A stretch of 64,000 nt of DNA. Origin: Octopus vulgaris (Eukaryota). Below are positions 12,901 to 24,106 of this stretch, piece after piece; positions within the stretch are counted from its first letter, which is position 1, and each line of letters starts with the position of its first letter. The DNA lies in assembly GCA_951406725.2 (NCBI GenBank), contig OX597817.1:158906001-158970000 (forward strand), given 5' to 3'. The notes under the pieces were generated by a model. It did not search any database, was not told the origin of the DNA, and worked only from the letters and a program-made list of their open reading frames with translations. Position numbers and translations under genes: made by a program.

Positions 12901-13258
12901 GTAAATCCACAACACATTTATTTGCCGAATCTTTTAATCCTTGCTCTTACATTCAACTTAAAATTCTCATCTATACGGAAAAATTCTGGGATTTATCTGT
13001 TTTTTTCTTATCTTTTACTTGTTTCAATCCTTGGACTGTGGCCATGCTGGGGCACCACCTTGAAGGGTTTAGTTGAACAAATCAAACCCCATGTTTATTT
13101 TTAAGTCTGGTACTTATCCTGTCAGTCTCTTTTGCTGAATTGCTGAGATACTGGGATGTAAACAAACCAACACCAGTTGTCAAGAAGTGGTAGGAAAACA
13201 AGCAAAACACACATATACATACATACATACACATATATATATATATATATATATATAT

Positions 13259-13950
13259 GCCAGTAACACGTAAAAAGCACCGTCCGAACATGGCAGATGC
13301 CAGCGCCGCCTGACTGGCATCCGTGTCGGTGACACGTAAAAGCACCAACCGATTGTGGCCATTTGCCAGCCACCCCTGACCCCTGTGCCGGTGGCACGTA
13401 AAAAGCACCCACTACACTCACGGAGTGGTTGGCACTAGGAAGGGCATCCAGCTGTAGAAACACTGCCAGATCAGACTGGAGCCTGGTGCAGCCTCCTGGC
13501 CTCCCAGACCCGGATCGAACCGTCCAACCCATGCTAGCATGGAAAGCGGACATTAAACAATGATGATGATGAAGATGATGACACACATACACACTCACAA
13601 TGGACTTTCACTCAGTTCATCATCATCATCATCGTTTAACGTCCATTTTCCGTGCTAGCACGTGTTGGACAGTTCGATCGGGGTCTGGGAAGCCAGGATG
13701 CTGCACCATATCCCAATCTGATTTGGCAGTGTTTCTACAGCTGGATGCCCTTCCTAACGCCAACCACTCCGAGAGTGTAGTGGGTGCTTTTTATGTACCA
13801 CCGGCACAGAGGCCAGTGGAGGCTGGCAGCGGCTATGATCGGTTGGTGCTTTTTACGTGCCGCTGGCATAGGCCATGTTCGGATGGTGCTTTTTATGTGC
13901 CACCAGCACAGGTATCACAACTACAATTTCCATTTGATATTTATTTTGAT
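13259..13950. mobile_element. Two RTE-type tails in tail-to-tail inverted orientation (13259-13580 +, 13617-13950 -)
   Basis: (GAT)n end, ~36-bp spacer, then (CAT)n and the reverse-complement core. Confidence 0.8.
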
Positions 13951-14214
13951 AACGAGACATCGGTCAACTTGAGGCTATAGAAGATACTTGCCCAAGGTGC
14001 TGTGTAGGAGGACTGAACCCAATCCCACATGATTGCAAAACAAGCTTCTTAACCCCACAGCCATGCTTGTAGCTGTATATTTTTACCAGCATGACTGAAT
14101 TATATATCACCATTCTTTTCTTGTTACTACCCTAGGATAGCCTCAGAGATTATCTCTACCCACTTCCCTGTTATACTAATCCATTCTAATGTTCTGTTTT
14201 TCTCTGTTTGCCAG

Positions 14215-14348
14215 TTACTCTTCCACCATCTTGTCTGTCACTATCCTAGTGCAGCATGGGATATCCTTTACGATCTTCTCTGCTATAACGATGGATCAGA
14301 ATGTGCTGCATCTCTGGAAGCAATGCTTTCAAGAAAGTTACAAATAAG
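14215..14348 (+). CDS. THADA: THADA-like exon 9
   Basis: Acceptor tgccag, AG|gtaagt donor. LLFHHLVCHYPSAAWDILYDLL...RKLQI. Phase 0/2. Confidence 0.78.
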
Positions 14349-15328
14349 GTAAGTAAATTCTCTATAGAATAATTAGGTTGGTATTAGCACTGTTAATGCA
14401 TCAGTATTAAAATGTTAACTAGAAATAAGGCTAGGCTACATGCTGATGAGATCAAATAAGTCAGAAATGTATCCAGAGTTATCTCCCATACTTGCTGCAA
14501 TAAAAGTAAATGAAGAAAATTTTGTCAGTGAACAGGTCGCAGTCTCAAAGTGATGAAAATATTTTGACAAATTAAATTTAAATGTTGAAGTGAATCTAAC
14601 GGTTTTTGTGTGTTTCTTAAATGGCTTATAAACACCTTCCACGCTGCAATTGTTTTTGTTCCAGCACACGATCTCAGATCAGGTCACTTGCTATGCAAGT
14701 ACATCTCCATAAGAAAATATTCATTATTGATTAATATTGTTCTAGTTTTACTGCATATTTATTTTTGTTAGTATTGTATTGTTTCATGATTTAATGAAAT
14801 GTTATATAATATAAAATATGTTTGATCTAACTTTTGTAAAGAATATGAGAAAGAATTCTTTGCTGGTGTGTAGGTGCAGGCACGGTTGTGTGGTTAAGAA
14901 GTTTGCTTCCCAACCATTTTGGTCTTGGGTTCAGTCCTACTGTATAGGTGTCTTGTGCAAGGGTCTTCTATTATAGCTCTAGGCTTGTCAAAGCCTTGTG
15001 AGTGGATTTGGTAGATGGAAAGTGAAATAAGCCAATAATGTGTGTGTGTGTGTGTATGTGTGTGTGTGTGTACTCTTGTCTTGACTTGTGTTAATGTAAA
15101 CAAGGATTATCATCATACAAGTAATGTTGTTTATTGCCAGTCTTCTATGAAAAACATGTCTGGCTATGGGGAAATATTACCTTGCTTGGAAAGAAATAGG
15201 GGTTGACAACAGGAAGGACACTCAGCTGTAGAAAACCTGCCTCAACAAATTATGTCTGTCCCATGGAACCATAGAAGAGTGAACATTAAATGATGTTGAT
15301 GTGTTATATTTATAAACTACAAATAGCA

Positions 15329-15729
15329 TAAGAGTGGCTGTGTGGTAAGTAGCTTGCTTACCAACCACATGGTTCCGGGTTCAGTCCCACTGCGTGGCAA
15401 CTTGGGCAAGTGTCTTCTACTATAGCTTTGGGCCGACCAATGCCTTGTGAGTGGATTTGGTAGACGGAAACTGAAAGAAGCCTGTCGTATATATGTATAT
15501 GTATATATATATGTGTGTATGTGTGTTTGTTTGTCTGTGCTTGACCCTCCCAACATCACTTGACAACCGATGCTGGTGTGTTTATGTCCCCGTAACTTAG
15601 CGGTTTGGCAAAAGAGACCGATAGAATAAGTACTAGGCTTACAAAGAATAAGTCCTGGGGCCAATTTGCTCGACTAAAGGTGGTGCTCCAGCATGGTTGC
15701 AGTCACATGACTGAAACAAGTAAAAGAGC
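15329..15729 (+). mobile_element. tRNA-derived CORE-like SINE, near full length
   Basis: TGGCTGTGTGGTAAG...GGTTCAGTCCC (A/B-box-like), CTTGGGCAAGTGTCTT core, internal TA/TG microsatellite, tail GAAACAAGTAAAAGAG. Other copies at ~1230, 14875, 31058, 39327, 59752 and 63825. Confidence 0.8.
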
Positions 15730-15947
15730 ACGTGGCTCTAAATGGAACATTGTATCAGAGACACAGCTCTCAGAATTGGGAAGTTATCATTAGTCTGCTT
15801 TTTTACCAAATAGATCTCTTTGAGTTGTATTTAATTTATCTTTGAATTGACTCCTGTCTACTAGCAATGTGACCATTCCTTATTTCAGTTGAATTCCTTC
15901 AATCATCTGGTGTCCCTATTCTACAATAATGCATTCTTTTCTTTTAG

Positions 15948-16032
15948 TTCATGGCAACTATTTGACCAAGAAGATAATAATTGTTTTGCTGAGAAAATGG
16001 TTGTGAATCAAATGGCACATGCTGCTCTAGTT
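15948..16032 (+). CDS. THADA: THADA-like exon 10
   Basis: Acceptor ttttag, donor gtaagt. SWQLFDQEDNNCFAEKMVV matches the conserved THADA C-terminal 'LF(E/D)....N.(F/W)AE' motif. Phase 2/0. Confidence 0.88.
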
Positions 16033-16624
16033 GTAAGTATTCATACATCTTTTACAACAGTTTTATAGTAGCAACCGAAATCTCTCAGGTTGAAGTATTT
16101 GACAGGATGAAGGCAGGCTTCAGTGCATAACTGAAAGATGAATGAAAGCTGTCTGATGACTTGGAAACTGGTCCTCATTTATAACTGGTATCGGTGGGAG
16201 AGAGTGTGTTATAGAGTCACATCTGAAGACACCCTCTTTATGGGATGTGTGTGTGTATATATATCATTTTTAGAAAAACATAAATCTGGAGAACAAGCTC
16301 ACTCTAAGAGGTAGAGCAGTCTATATTTTTTCCTGGTGAAGGCTGGTTTATGGGGTTACCCTGAGGAAATATATATAGTAATAATAACAATAATCCTAGG
16401 ATGGAATTTAAAAACCTTTAATGCATCACTATGCATGTTTCCACAAATCATGCGTCTCTTAAGATTACAGTCCATATTCCAAGGATGATGTGTAGTCCAT
16501 AGAATCTGTGGATATCAGATTGATCATCTTCATGGATTCATTTCTCCAGGCGATATAACATTAATGGACGTCTAACAGATGGATATTTATCCTTTTTGAC
16601 CAGTGAGAATGTTGATTGAGTTAT

Positions 16625-16718
<94 letters not shown>

Positions 16719-16736
16719 TCATCATATATATATCAT

Positions 16737-16775
<39 letters not shown>

Positions 16776-16779
<4 letters not shown>

Positions 16780-17072
16780 ACCGACCAGGCTATCAGATGT
16801 TGCTACACATCGCTGGTCACAATGCGCTTCGCATTGTTTTAGCCTTCAAATGACGCCACCCCGCTGGCTAAGCGAGCAGGCCAACAGCGAAAATAGTGAG
16901 AGAAAGTTGTGGCGAAAGAGTACAGCAGGGATCACCACCCACCCCCTGCCGGAGCCTTGTGGAGCTTTAGGTGTTTTCGCTCAATAAACACTCACAACGC
17001 CCAGTCTCGGAATTAAAACCGCGACCCTACGACCGTGAGTCTGCTGCCCTAACCACTGGGCCTTTGCACCTC

Positions 17073-17075
<3 letters not shown>
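16776..17075 (-). mobile_element. tRNA-derived SINE (GTGGAGG head family), 3' module A
   Basis: Reverse complement of the head seen at 50206, inserted in (TA)n. Partial tails also at 17371-17480 and 63083-63195. Confidence 0.75.
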
Positions 17076-17122
<47 letters not shown>

Positions 17123-17510
17123 TACTGGTGAAGAGGATCACCCTGCAAGAACTCTTTACCTGTGCCATGTTAAAAGCACCCAGCACACACTAAAGTGGTT
17201 GGTGTTTGGAAGGGTATCCAGCCATAGAAACCAAGCCAAATCAGACTAGAACCTAGTGCAGCTTCCTACCTTCCTAGCTCTGGTCAAACCATCCAATCTA
17301 TACTAGCGTGGAAAACAGACATTAAATGATGATGATGATGATGATATATATATATATATATAAATATATCACCGTGACGACCAGGCTATCAGATGTTGCT
17401 ACACATCGCTGGTCACAATGCGCTTCACATTGTTTTAGCCTTCAAATGACGCCACCCCACTGGCTAAGCGAGTAGGCCAATATATATAAATATATATATA
17501 TACATATATA

Positions 17511-17634
17511 AATTAAAATCCAGAAAATGGAGAAGTAGTATTAATATAGTTTAACTGTAAAAATTCAACATTTTTGATTTTTTGCAGTTAATAAATTATA
17601 TTAACGCTACTTCTCCATTTTCTGGATTTTAATT
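17511..17634. repeat. ~124-bp imperfect palindrome
   Basis: AATTAAAATCCAGAAAATGGAGAAGTAG...CTACTTCTCCATTTTCTGGATTTTAATT. Confidence 0.9.
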
Positions 17635-18392
17635 CGTATATTTATAAACCAAGATTTATACTTAAACCTATTATTTTAGGAACATTACTATTCACAACAA
17701 AATAATAGGTAACACACCAGTAAGTCATTGGATATTTTCTATTTTTTCTATCCCTTAGGGGGGTTATTTCAACCTCTATTTGGATATATATATATATAGT
17801 TTACAGTTCTGTTAAAGGTAAGATCAGTGAAAAAAAATGTACTCCATCCAGTGAGAGATAAATATCACTTAATATACACAATTTATAAAAGGGCTACAAA
17901 CAGTTTCATGCTTTACAGATACAATAAATTGGCAGATTTATATAACATGCCATGTATCTCCAAGAAATCTCTCAGGTTGAAGTATTTGATGGGATGAAGG
18001 CAGGCTTCAGTGTATAACTGAAAGATGAATGAAAGCTGTCTGATAACTTGGAAGCTGGTCCTCATTTATAACTGGTATCGGTGGGAGAGTGTGTAGCTCT
18101 TAGTCTATAATGGAAGAATGAATCTGAGTTATGGATGAGTAGGCAGTTCTCAGTTTGTAACTGAGTTGTCAATGTGAGGTTAATAACAAAGAGATACCTG
18201 CCATAAGTCTAAGTGAAGAATTAAGATTGCTTTTTAAAAACTTCATATTTGAGAAAAAGGTTTTGGTCTAAAATCCATATATACATACCTTAAATGACTT
18301 GGTAGGTGATGGGTTGATTCTTCTCTGTTGATGACATTGATAAATGAATCAGGTTTTTAACTTCTACATTTGTGCTTATTTGTATTTTCCAG

Positions 18393-18510
18393 AAACTTTT
18401 AAGCAATACAAAGCCAGTTAGCAAACGAGAACAGTATCTGTCAACATTGTGTACCAGTGTCCTTCACAAGGGAACCATACTCTTTGAATCGTTATCAAAG
18501 AATCTAAAAG
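18393..18510 (+). CDS. THADA: THADA-like exon 11
   Basis: Acceptor ttccag, G|gtaagt donor. KLLSNTKPVSKREQYLSTLC...KNLK. Phase 0/1. Confidence 0.78.
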
Positions 18511-18567
18511 GTAAGTTAGTACACTACACATATATGTTATGTGGCCTACACCTCAACACACATCATG

Positions 18568-18610
<43 letters not shown>

Positions 18611-18648
18611 AAAAAGGAGATGTGGAACACGAGTTGTGATATATAAAA

Positions 18649-18956
18649 AAAGGAAATGAAGAAAATGCTGACAAAATAATTTAAGTAAGGGAGAGTGTAT
18701 TTAATTAGGTGAAAGTTCTTTTTACCGGTTGCGCATTTGTTATGCTTATCAAAAGATATTTTGAGTGAGATAGAGTTCCTTTCTGATTGATTTTTTTTCT
18801 CTTATAAGAGAAAAAAAATCAATCAGAAAGGAACTCTATCTCTCTTAAAAATATCTTTTGATAAGCATAACAAATGCGCAACCGGTAAAGAACTTTCACC
18901 TAATTAAATACACTCTCCCTTACTTAAATTATTTTGTCAGCATTTTCTTTCATTTC

Positions 18957-18960
<4 letters not shown>
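18649..18960. repeat. ~310-bp spacer-less near-perfect palindrome near (TA)n tracts, Penelope-like terminus
   Basis: Centre CTTA|TAAG at 18804/18805. Arms mirror with few mismatches and each carries a hammerhead-like motif. Confidence 0.92.
18854..18891 (+). ncRNA. Degenerate minimal type-I hammerhead-like motif (mirror copy 18719-18756, minus strand)
   Basis: TCTT TTGATAA GCAT-AACAA-ATGC GCAA CCG GTA AAGA: stem I TCTT/AAGA, U3-A8 core variant, stem II GCAT/ATGC, palindromic ACCGGT stem III. GAAA is changed to GCAA. Confidence 0.45.
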
Positions 18961-18996
<36 letters not shown>

Positions 18997-19398
18997 AAAG
19001 AGAACACACTCTGTGTAGTAAGGCAATTTGACATCTATCTCTAGCATATAGGAATCCACTTAGTGATCATTCCTCTTATTAATTGTAATATATATATATA
19101 TTCTTTTTTCACTATACACATGTATCTTGTAATATATAATGTCTACTACATAAATACATATATCAAGAAATATTTACTGAATCCTAGACACATACTTATG
19201 TAGTATGTGAGGTATATCATTATATCACAGAATCTATATGTCCTCTCTCCCTCTCTTTTCCTAGCTCTTCCCCTCTTCTTTCACTCTGTATTTTCTTTCA
19301 GTCTTTGTTACTCTCTCTTCTTCTCTCTCTCTGTGATGAAGATCTTTTCCTTTTATTCTCTGTATTGAAACTATTGTTTCTTGTTTTTTATTTTACAG

Positions 19399-19622
19399 AG
19401 AAGCCTTTGTTAAATATTAGCTGTGATGTACAAGTGTTCCCAGTAATCCAGGGGATCTTCTTAGCCACTAACACCATCATGGATTATCTGTACAGACATC
19501 CTGAAGCACATATTGAACAGATTAACAATCTCAAAAGCATGTACGCCAAATTGGAGAAGGTACCACCAAGATTGTCTCATATCATTGCTTTTAGGCAGCA
19601 AGAGTTGCATCCTTTTCTGTGA
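19399..19622 (+). CDS. THADA: THADA-like terminal coding exon
   Basis: Acceptor ttacag, phase 1 gives EKPLLNISCDVQVFPVIQG...ELHPFL, TGA at 19620-19622. The 12 exons total 2028 nt = 675 codons + stop. Confidence 0.78.
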
Positions 19623-19730
19623 CTTGAACACTGAACACTGGGATGAGAATATAACATGCTAGAAGCGAGGGTCTGGCATGATATTTTCTCAATCTCCCCC
19701 ACCTCGAAAACACACTTCTACCATGTTATA

Positions 19731-19960
19731 CAGGGTGTGGCAGAATGGTTGCCCCGATTTCAAAGGTTAATAAAAAAACAAACACATGAAGATGCATGAA
19801 GAAACTTTGTACTTCTATGTAGTTCATTAAATGCCATTTTTTGTTTTGTTTCAGGTAGTACCCACCATGGCTTGGGGTGGAGAGCATCATGTATTTGTCG
19901 TTGAAGAGTTTGTTTTTTTAATAACCTTTGAAATTGGGGCAGCCTTTCTGCCACACCCTG
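19731..19960. mobile_element. Tc1/mariner-type MITE (internally deleted element)
   Basis: TA|CAGGGTGTGGCAGAA...TTCTGCCACACCCTG|TA with ~55-bp TIRs. Internal MAWGGEHHVFVVEEF resembles the N-terminus of DUF4817-type transposases (recalled). Confidence 0.85.
19769..19774 (+). promoter_or_regulatory. Candidate polyadenylation signal AATAAA, inside a MITE terminal repeat
   Basis: First AATAAA I see after the stop codon, about 147 nt downstream. Confidence 0.35.
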
Positions 19961-20213
19961 TACTTTCAATTTGTACCACCCCAAACATCACACAGATACC
20001 CCACCCTACTGCCATGTTATAGGTAAGACTACAGCATGGTAGGGGTATGTATCTGAAATACTACTGAGATTATAACATGGTTGAAGTGAATGTCTGAAAT
20101 AATGTAGACTGAATGAATAGCATGTTATAATTGATTGTTTGGGGGTAGTACAGTTTAAGAGTTTACTGTTGTATGCAGCCATACCTGCATCTATATTACT
20201 CTTTATCCTATTA

Positions 20214-20601
20214 CTAGCAGTATCACCCAGCGTTGCTCGGGTTTGTTTCGACCCTTTAGAATTAGAATTTTTGAAAAGTAAAAATTTTGCATTATGTAGC
20301 TTGTTATTCTCTTCAAGTGAACATTTTTCTGGTTGAAATACACCGAAAAATAGTGACACAGCAGTCAAAAAATCGTAAAAAATAGGGATTTTCATAGAAA
20401 AAAAGTACCTTTTTGATGTAAATAATTTTTGGTGTTAACATGGTCCGATTTAAATTTTTTCTTCTACCGAAGGAAGAGCAAGCCTTCTTCTATCATACTC
20501 TCAATTTTGGTCAACTTGCGTCGCAGGGTCTCGGAGGAGATAGTGTTAGTTGAAGGCTACCAAACCTGCCATACTCGGACAACTTCAGCTTTATATAGAG
20601 A
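20214..20601 (-). mobile_element. Non-autonomous Helitron-like element
   Basis: Minus strand: 5' TC start, subterminal hairpin CCCGAGCAACGCTGGG, 3' CTAG, inserted between A and T. Confidence 0.7.
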
Positions 20602-21515
20602 TAATGAAATCTGCTGATAGCATTGTCATCTGACAATATCTAATATAACTGATTGACAGTTTGTCTTTTCTGTTTGTCTTCCCCATGATACTCACATCAG
20701 AGGCAATTAGCTGTTATGATGCTTTCACTATGTCTTTCTGTTTCATTTAAACACTGACAAGTCATTTAATTAGCTGAATACTGAATAGACACATAAACAT
20801 GTATTATCAGTTTAACTATTCATGTATAAATATTTTATATAACAGTATATATATATTTCGTTGTGTCTGGGGAGAGTCATTTTCTTTTTGTGCCTTATAA
20901 TGTAACACACTCACCGGTAAAATTTCCACTTATTTCTTATTTTTATTTTCCTAAAATTTTATTGCGTCTTGCAACCTTTTCAATAGTCTTGACTCAACAG
21001 ACACAACAAAATATGCTTCAACAGACACAACAGAATATGCTTCAACACACGAACTCACATAAAGAATCTTGCAAACCAAATCCAAAAATGAAATATTTAT
21101 ATTTCATTATTTATTAAATGATATTTCATCATGTTAATCCCTTTAACCTTTTTGATACCAACCTGCCTGAAACTACTCTTGGTTCAATGATACAAATTCC
21201 CTGTTTTAAACTGTTTTCATGTTAATTTATATTCCAAAAACCAGCTTAATAATTTAGAAGTTATCTTAGTAAATTCTTAATTTTTTTCTTGAAGCAAAGA
21301 CAATGCATTACAATAGAAATATGGTAAAGGAAGGTTTAAATACAGTTTGTCATATGTAGTTAACTATAAAATTGAACACTTTTTCATATATGAATTTTCC
21401 ACAACTATCCACTAATGGTTGTATAACGAGTTGATATAAGGAAGGTATCATGTGTTTTTGTGGTTATGTAATGATATGATCTTGTAATGACTTGATCATG
21501 TGGTGACATATATAT

Positions 21516-21905
21516 CATCATCGTTGTCGTCATTTAACGTCCACTTTCCATGCTAGCATGGGTTGGACGGTTTGACTGAGGGCTGGCAAACCAGATGGCT
21601 GCACCAGACTCCAGTCTTGATCTGGCAGAGTTTCTACAGCTAGATGCCCTTCCTAATGCCAACCACTCCGAGAGCATAGTGGGTGTTTTTATGTGCCACC
21701 GGCACGGGGGCCAGTCAGACGGTACTGGCAACGACCTCGCTCAAATTTTTACACATGCCAATGGCACTGGTGCCAGTAAGGCGATGCTGATAACGATCCC
21801 GTTTGAATGATGCCTGCTACATGCCACCGGCACGGAAGCCAGTTAGCCGCTCTGGCAATGGTCATGCTCGGATGGTGCTCTTAGCACCCTACTAGCACAG
21901 GGCAT
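21516..21905 (-). mobile_element. RTE-type 3' tail
   Basis: Reverse-complement core plus several internal units. Confidence 0.78.
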
Positions 21906-21973
21906 ATATATATATATTGTAATATATCTGTATTACTGTTTAGTGGTTGCATTCCCAAAACTTTTTGCATATT

Positions 21974-22202
21974 CCATCTGCAAATTATGGATATTGTAAT
22001 TATTGTGTAACTCCAAGCTTCCTGAAACAGCTGTCAAGTTGAGAAATTATGTATTTTCTTCTTCTTTGTCATCATCATCATCATCATTTAATGTCTTTTG
22101 CTGATGATGATGAAGAAGAAAATACATAATTTCTCAACTCGACAGCTGTTTCAGGATGCTTGGAGTTACACAATAATCATAATATTTATAATTTGCAGAT
22201 GG
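21974..22202. repeat. Inverted repeat with ~100-bp arms and a CAT/GAT spacer
   Basis: CCATCTGCAAATTAT...CCTGAAACAGCTGTC...GACAGCTGTTTCAGG...ATAATTTGCAGATGG. Confidence 0.9.
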
Positions 22203-22656
22203 GAAATTTATCTTAGTAAATTCTTATGCATGGTTTTTATTGGTGTATGGTCATGTGAGGCTGTGTGATTTTATAATATTGCTTCATTGAAATTCTCAAA
22301 CACACTAACTTACACTGCTGTTTCTATTTGTTACCAGGTACGAAACCTCCATCCGGTAATTCAGAGTATAATGTTACAGGCAACATAGACATTCAACACG
22401 AAAAGATGACATAACAAAATTCAAAGTTCATCACCTTTATGCATTCAAAGTAAAACTGAAATAAATTAAAACTTTTAGTAAGAAAATTCAAACAAACAAA
22501 AGCTATATTTCTTTGATACTTTCTCCTCTTTAGTTACTGAACCAAGCCATCTTAACCACTAACCATATCTCAAGCAATTGTGATTACGTCCATATTTTCA
22601 AAAAAAACATTTTTTTGCAAAATTGATGAAGTGAGGTTCAATTTTTTTTCCTAAAA

Positions 22657-24106
22657 CAAATTTTACAATTGTGAAAATAAATCTTGTTACTATAGGAATT
22701 TATTATTTTTTTTCTCCAATTTATAGAATCGTATTTTATTTATTACTTACAGTTTACTGTTCTGTATTTTGCTATATTCAGTCTCTGATAAATGCTTAAG
22801 TTTCTACTGGAATGAAAAATCTGTTTATTTTGTTAATTGTAATGTTTTGAAATTTTTACAACCTAAACTTCATTATCAGTGTGTAAACTAAAAAATTTGA
22901 TTTCGTTATTTAAACTTCTTCTTATATCTAAAATTTTTGTTTCCCAAATCGTTTTTTTCAAAACTATACATATCAATGAATGATCGGCCAGTATTCAAAT
23001 GTATGTTTACAAAGTATGACATGTACCAATGATGAGAAAGAAGAAATGTGCTCTGTGTATTTCAAGGTTTTCATAATTCACAACAAGCACCACTTCACAA
23101 TTCCCAATAGACAACATCCCACGATCCTTACCTGAAACTTCCCATAATATACGAATGGTACCACTCTACTATCAAACTGATAACACTTTACAATCAACAA
23201 CTAACACCACTCAAGAATCTACAATAGACACTACACCACAATCTGCTCTTGATTTCACTCCACAATCCACAACAAACACCAATCCATATTTCACAGTGGA
23301 CGCTACTTAACAAATTACTGATAGCCATCACCATTCCACAACTAACACCACTTCTTAATTGACTAATGACACTGCTTCACATTCCTTAACAGACACACTC
23401 TCTGATGCATGACCAACGCTCCTCTGCAATTCACAACTAACACTGCACTACAATCCAAGCCTCACACCATTACACAATGGATACTACATCACCTTCTTCA
23501 ACTGATACAGCCCCTTATCTATAATTACACCACCCTACGGCCCCCAACTTACACCACTCCACAGCTGACTTGTGGCAACACTTTACAATCCTTAGCAGAC
23601 ACCACTCCCCTAATCTTCAGCTGAAACTACCCTAGATCTACAATTGACATCTCCACTGTGAAATTGACACACCTCCAGTTTTTACCAAAAAGAAATTTTA
23701 CAACTGTGAAAATAAACCTTGTTACTGTAGGATTTTTTTCCTCCAATTTATGGTGTCATATTTTATTTATTACTTACCATTTATTATCCTGTATTTTACT
23801 ATCTTAGTCTCTGGTAAATGTGTAAGTTTCTACTAGTCTTTTCTGGAGTGAAGAGTTGTTTGAATTGTTGACTGTACTGTTTTGAATTTTTTACAATCTA
23901 AGCTACTGTTAATGTGTAAACTAAATCATTTGATTTCATGATTTAAACTTCTTGAAAAAAAATTTTTAATTTTTGTTTCTGAAATTGTATTTACAAAACT
24001 ATACATATCAATGAATGATTGACAAGTATTTAAATTTTTGTGTACCATGTATGACAGAAAACCAATGATGAGAAAGAAAAAACATACCATGTGTATTTCA
24101 AGGTTT
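22657..24106. repeat. Diverged ~410-bp direct repeats (22657-23070, 23692-24106) flanking a degenerate 24-bp minisatellite
   Basis: Both start AAATTTTACAA(T/C)TGTGAAAATAAA and end TGTGTATTTCAAGGTTT. The middle has period-24 units like ACAACTAACACCACTCCACAATCC. Confidence 0.8.

Noticed and set aside
16148-16180. CTGATGA-CTTG-GAAA-CTG-GTC perfect hammerhead core words
   Set aside because: No stem I pairing, stem II only 1 bp, and the second copy (~18040) has lost both core words.
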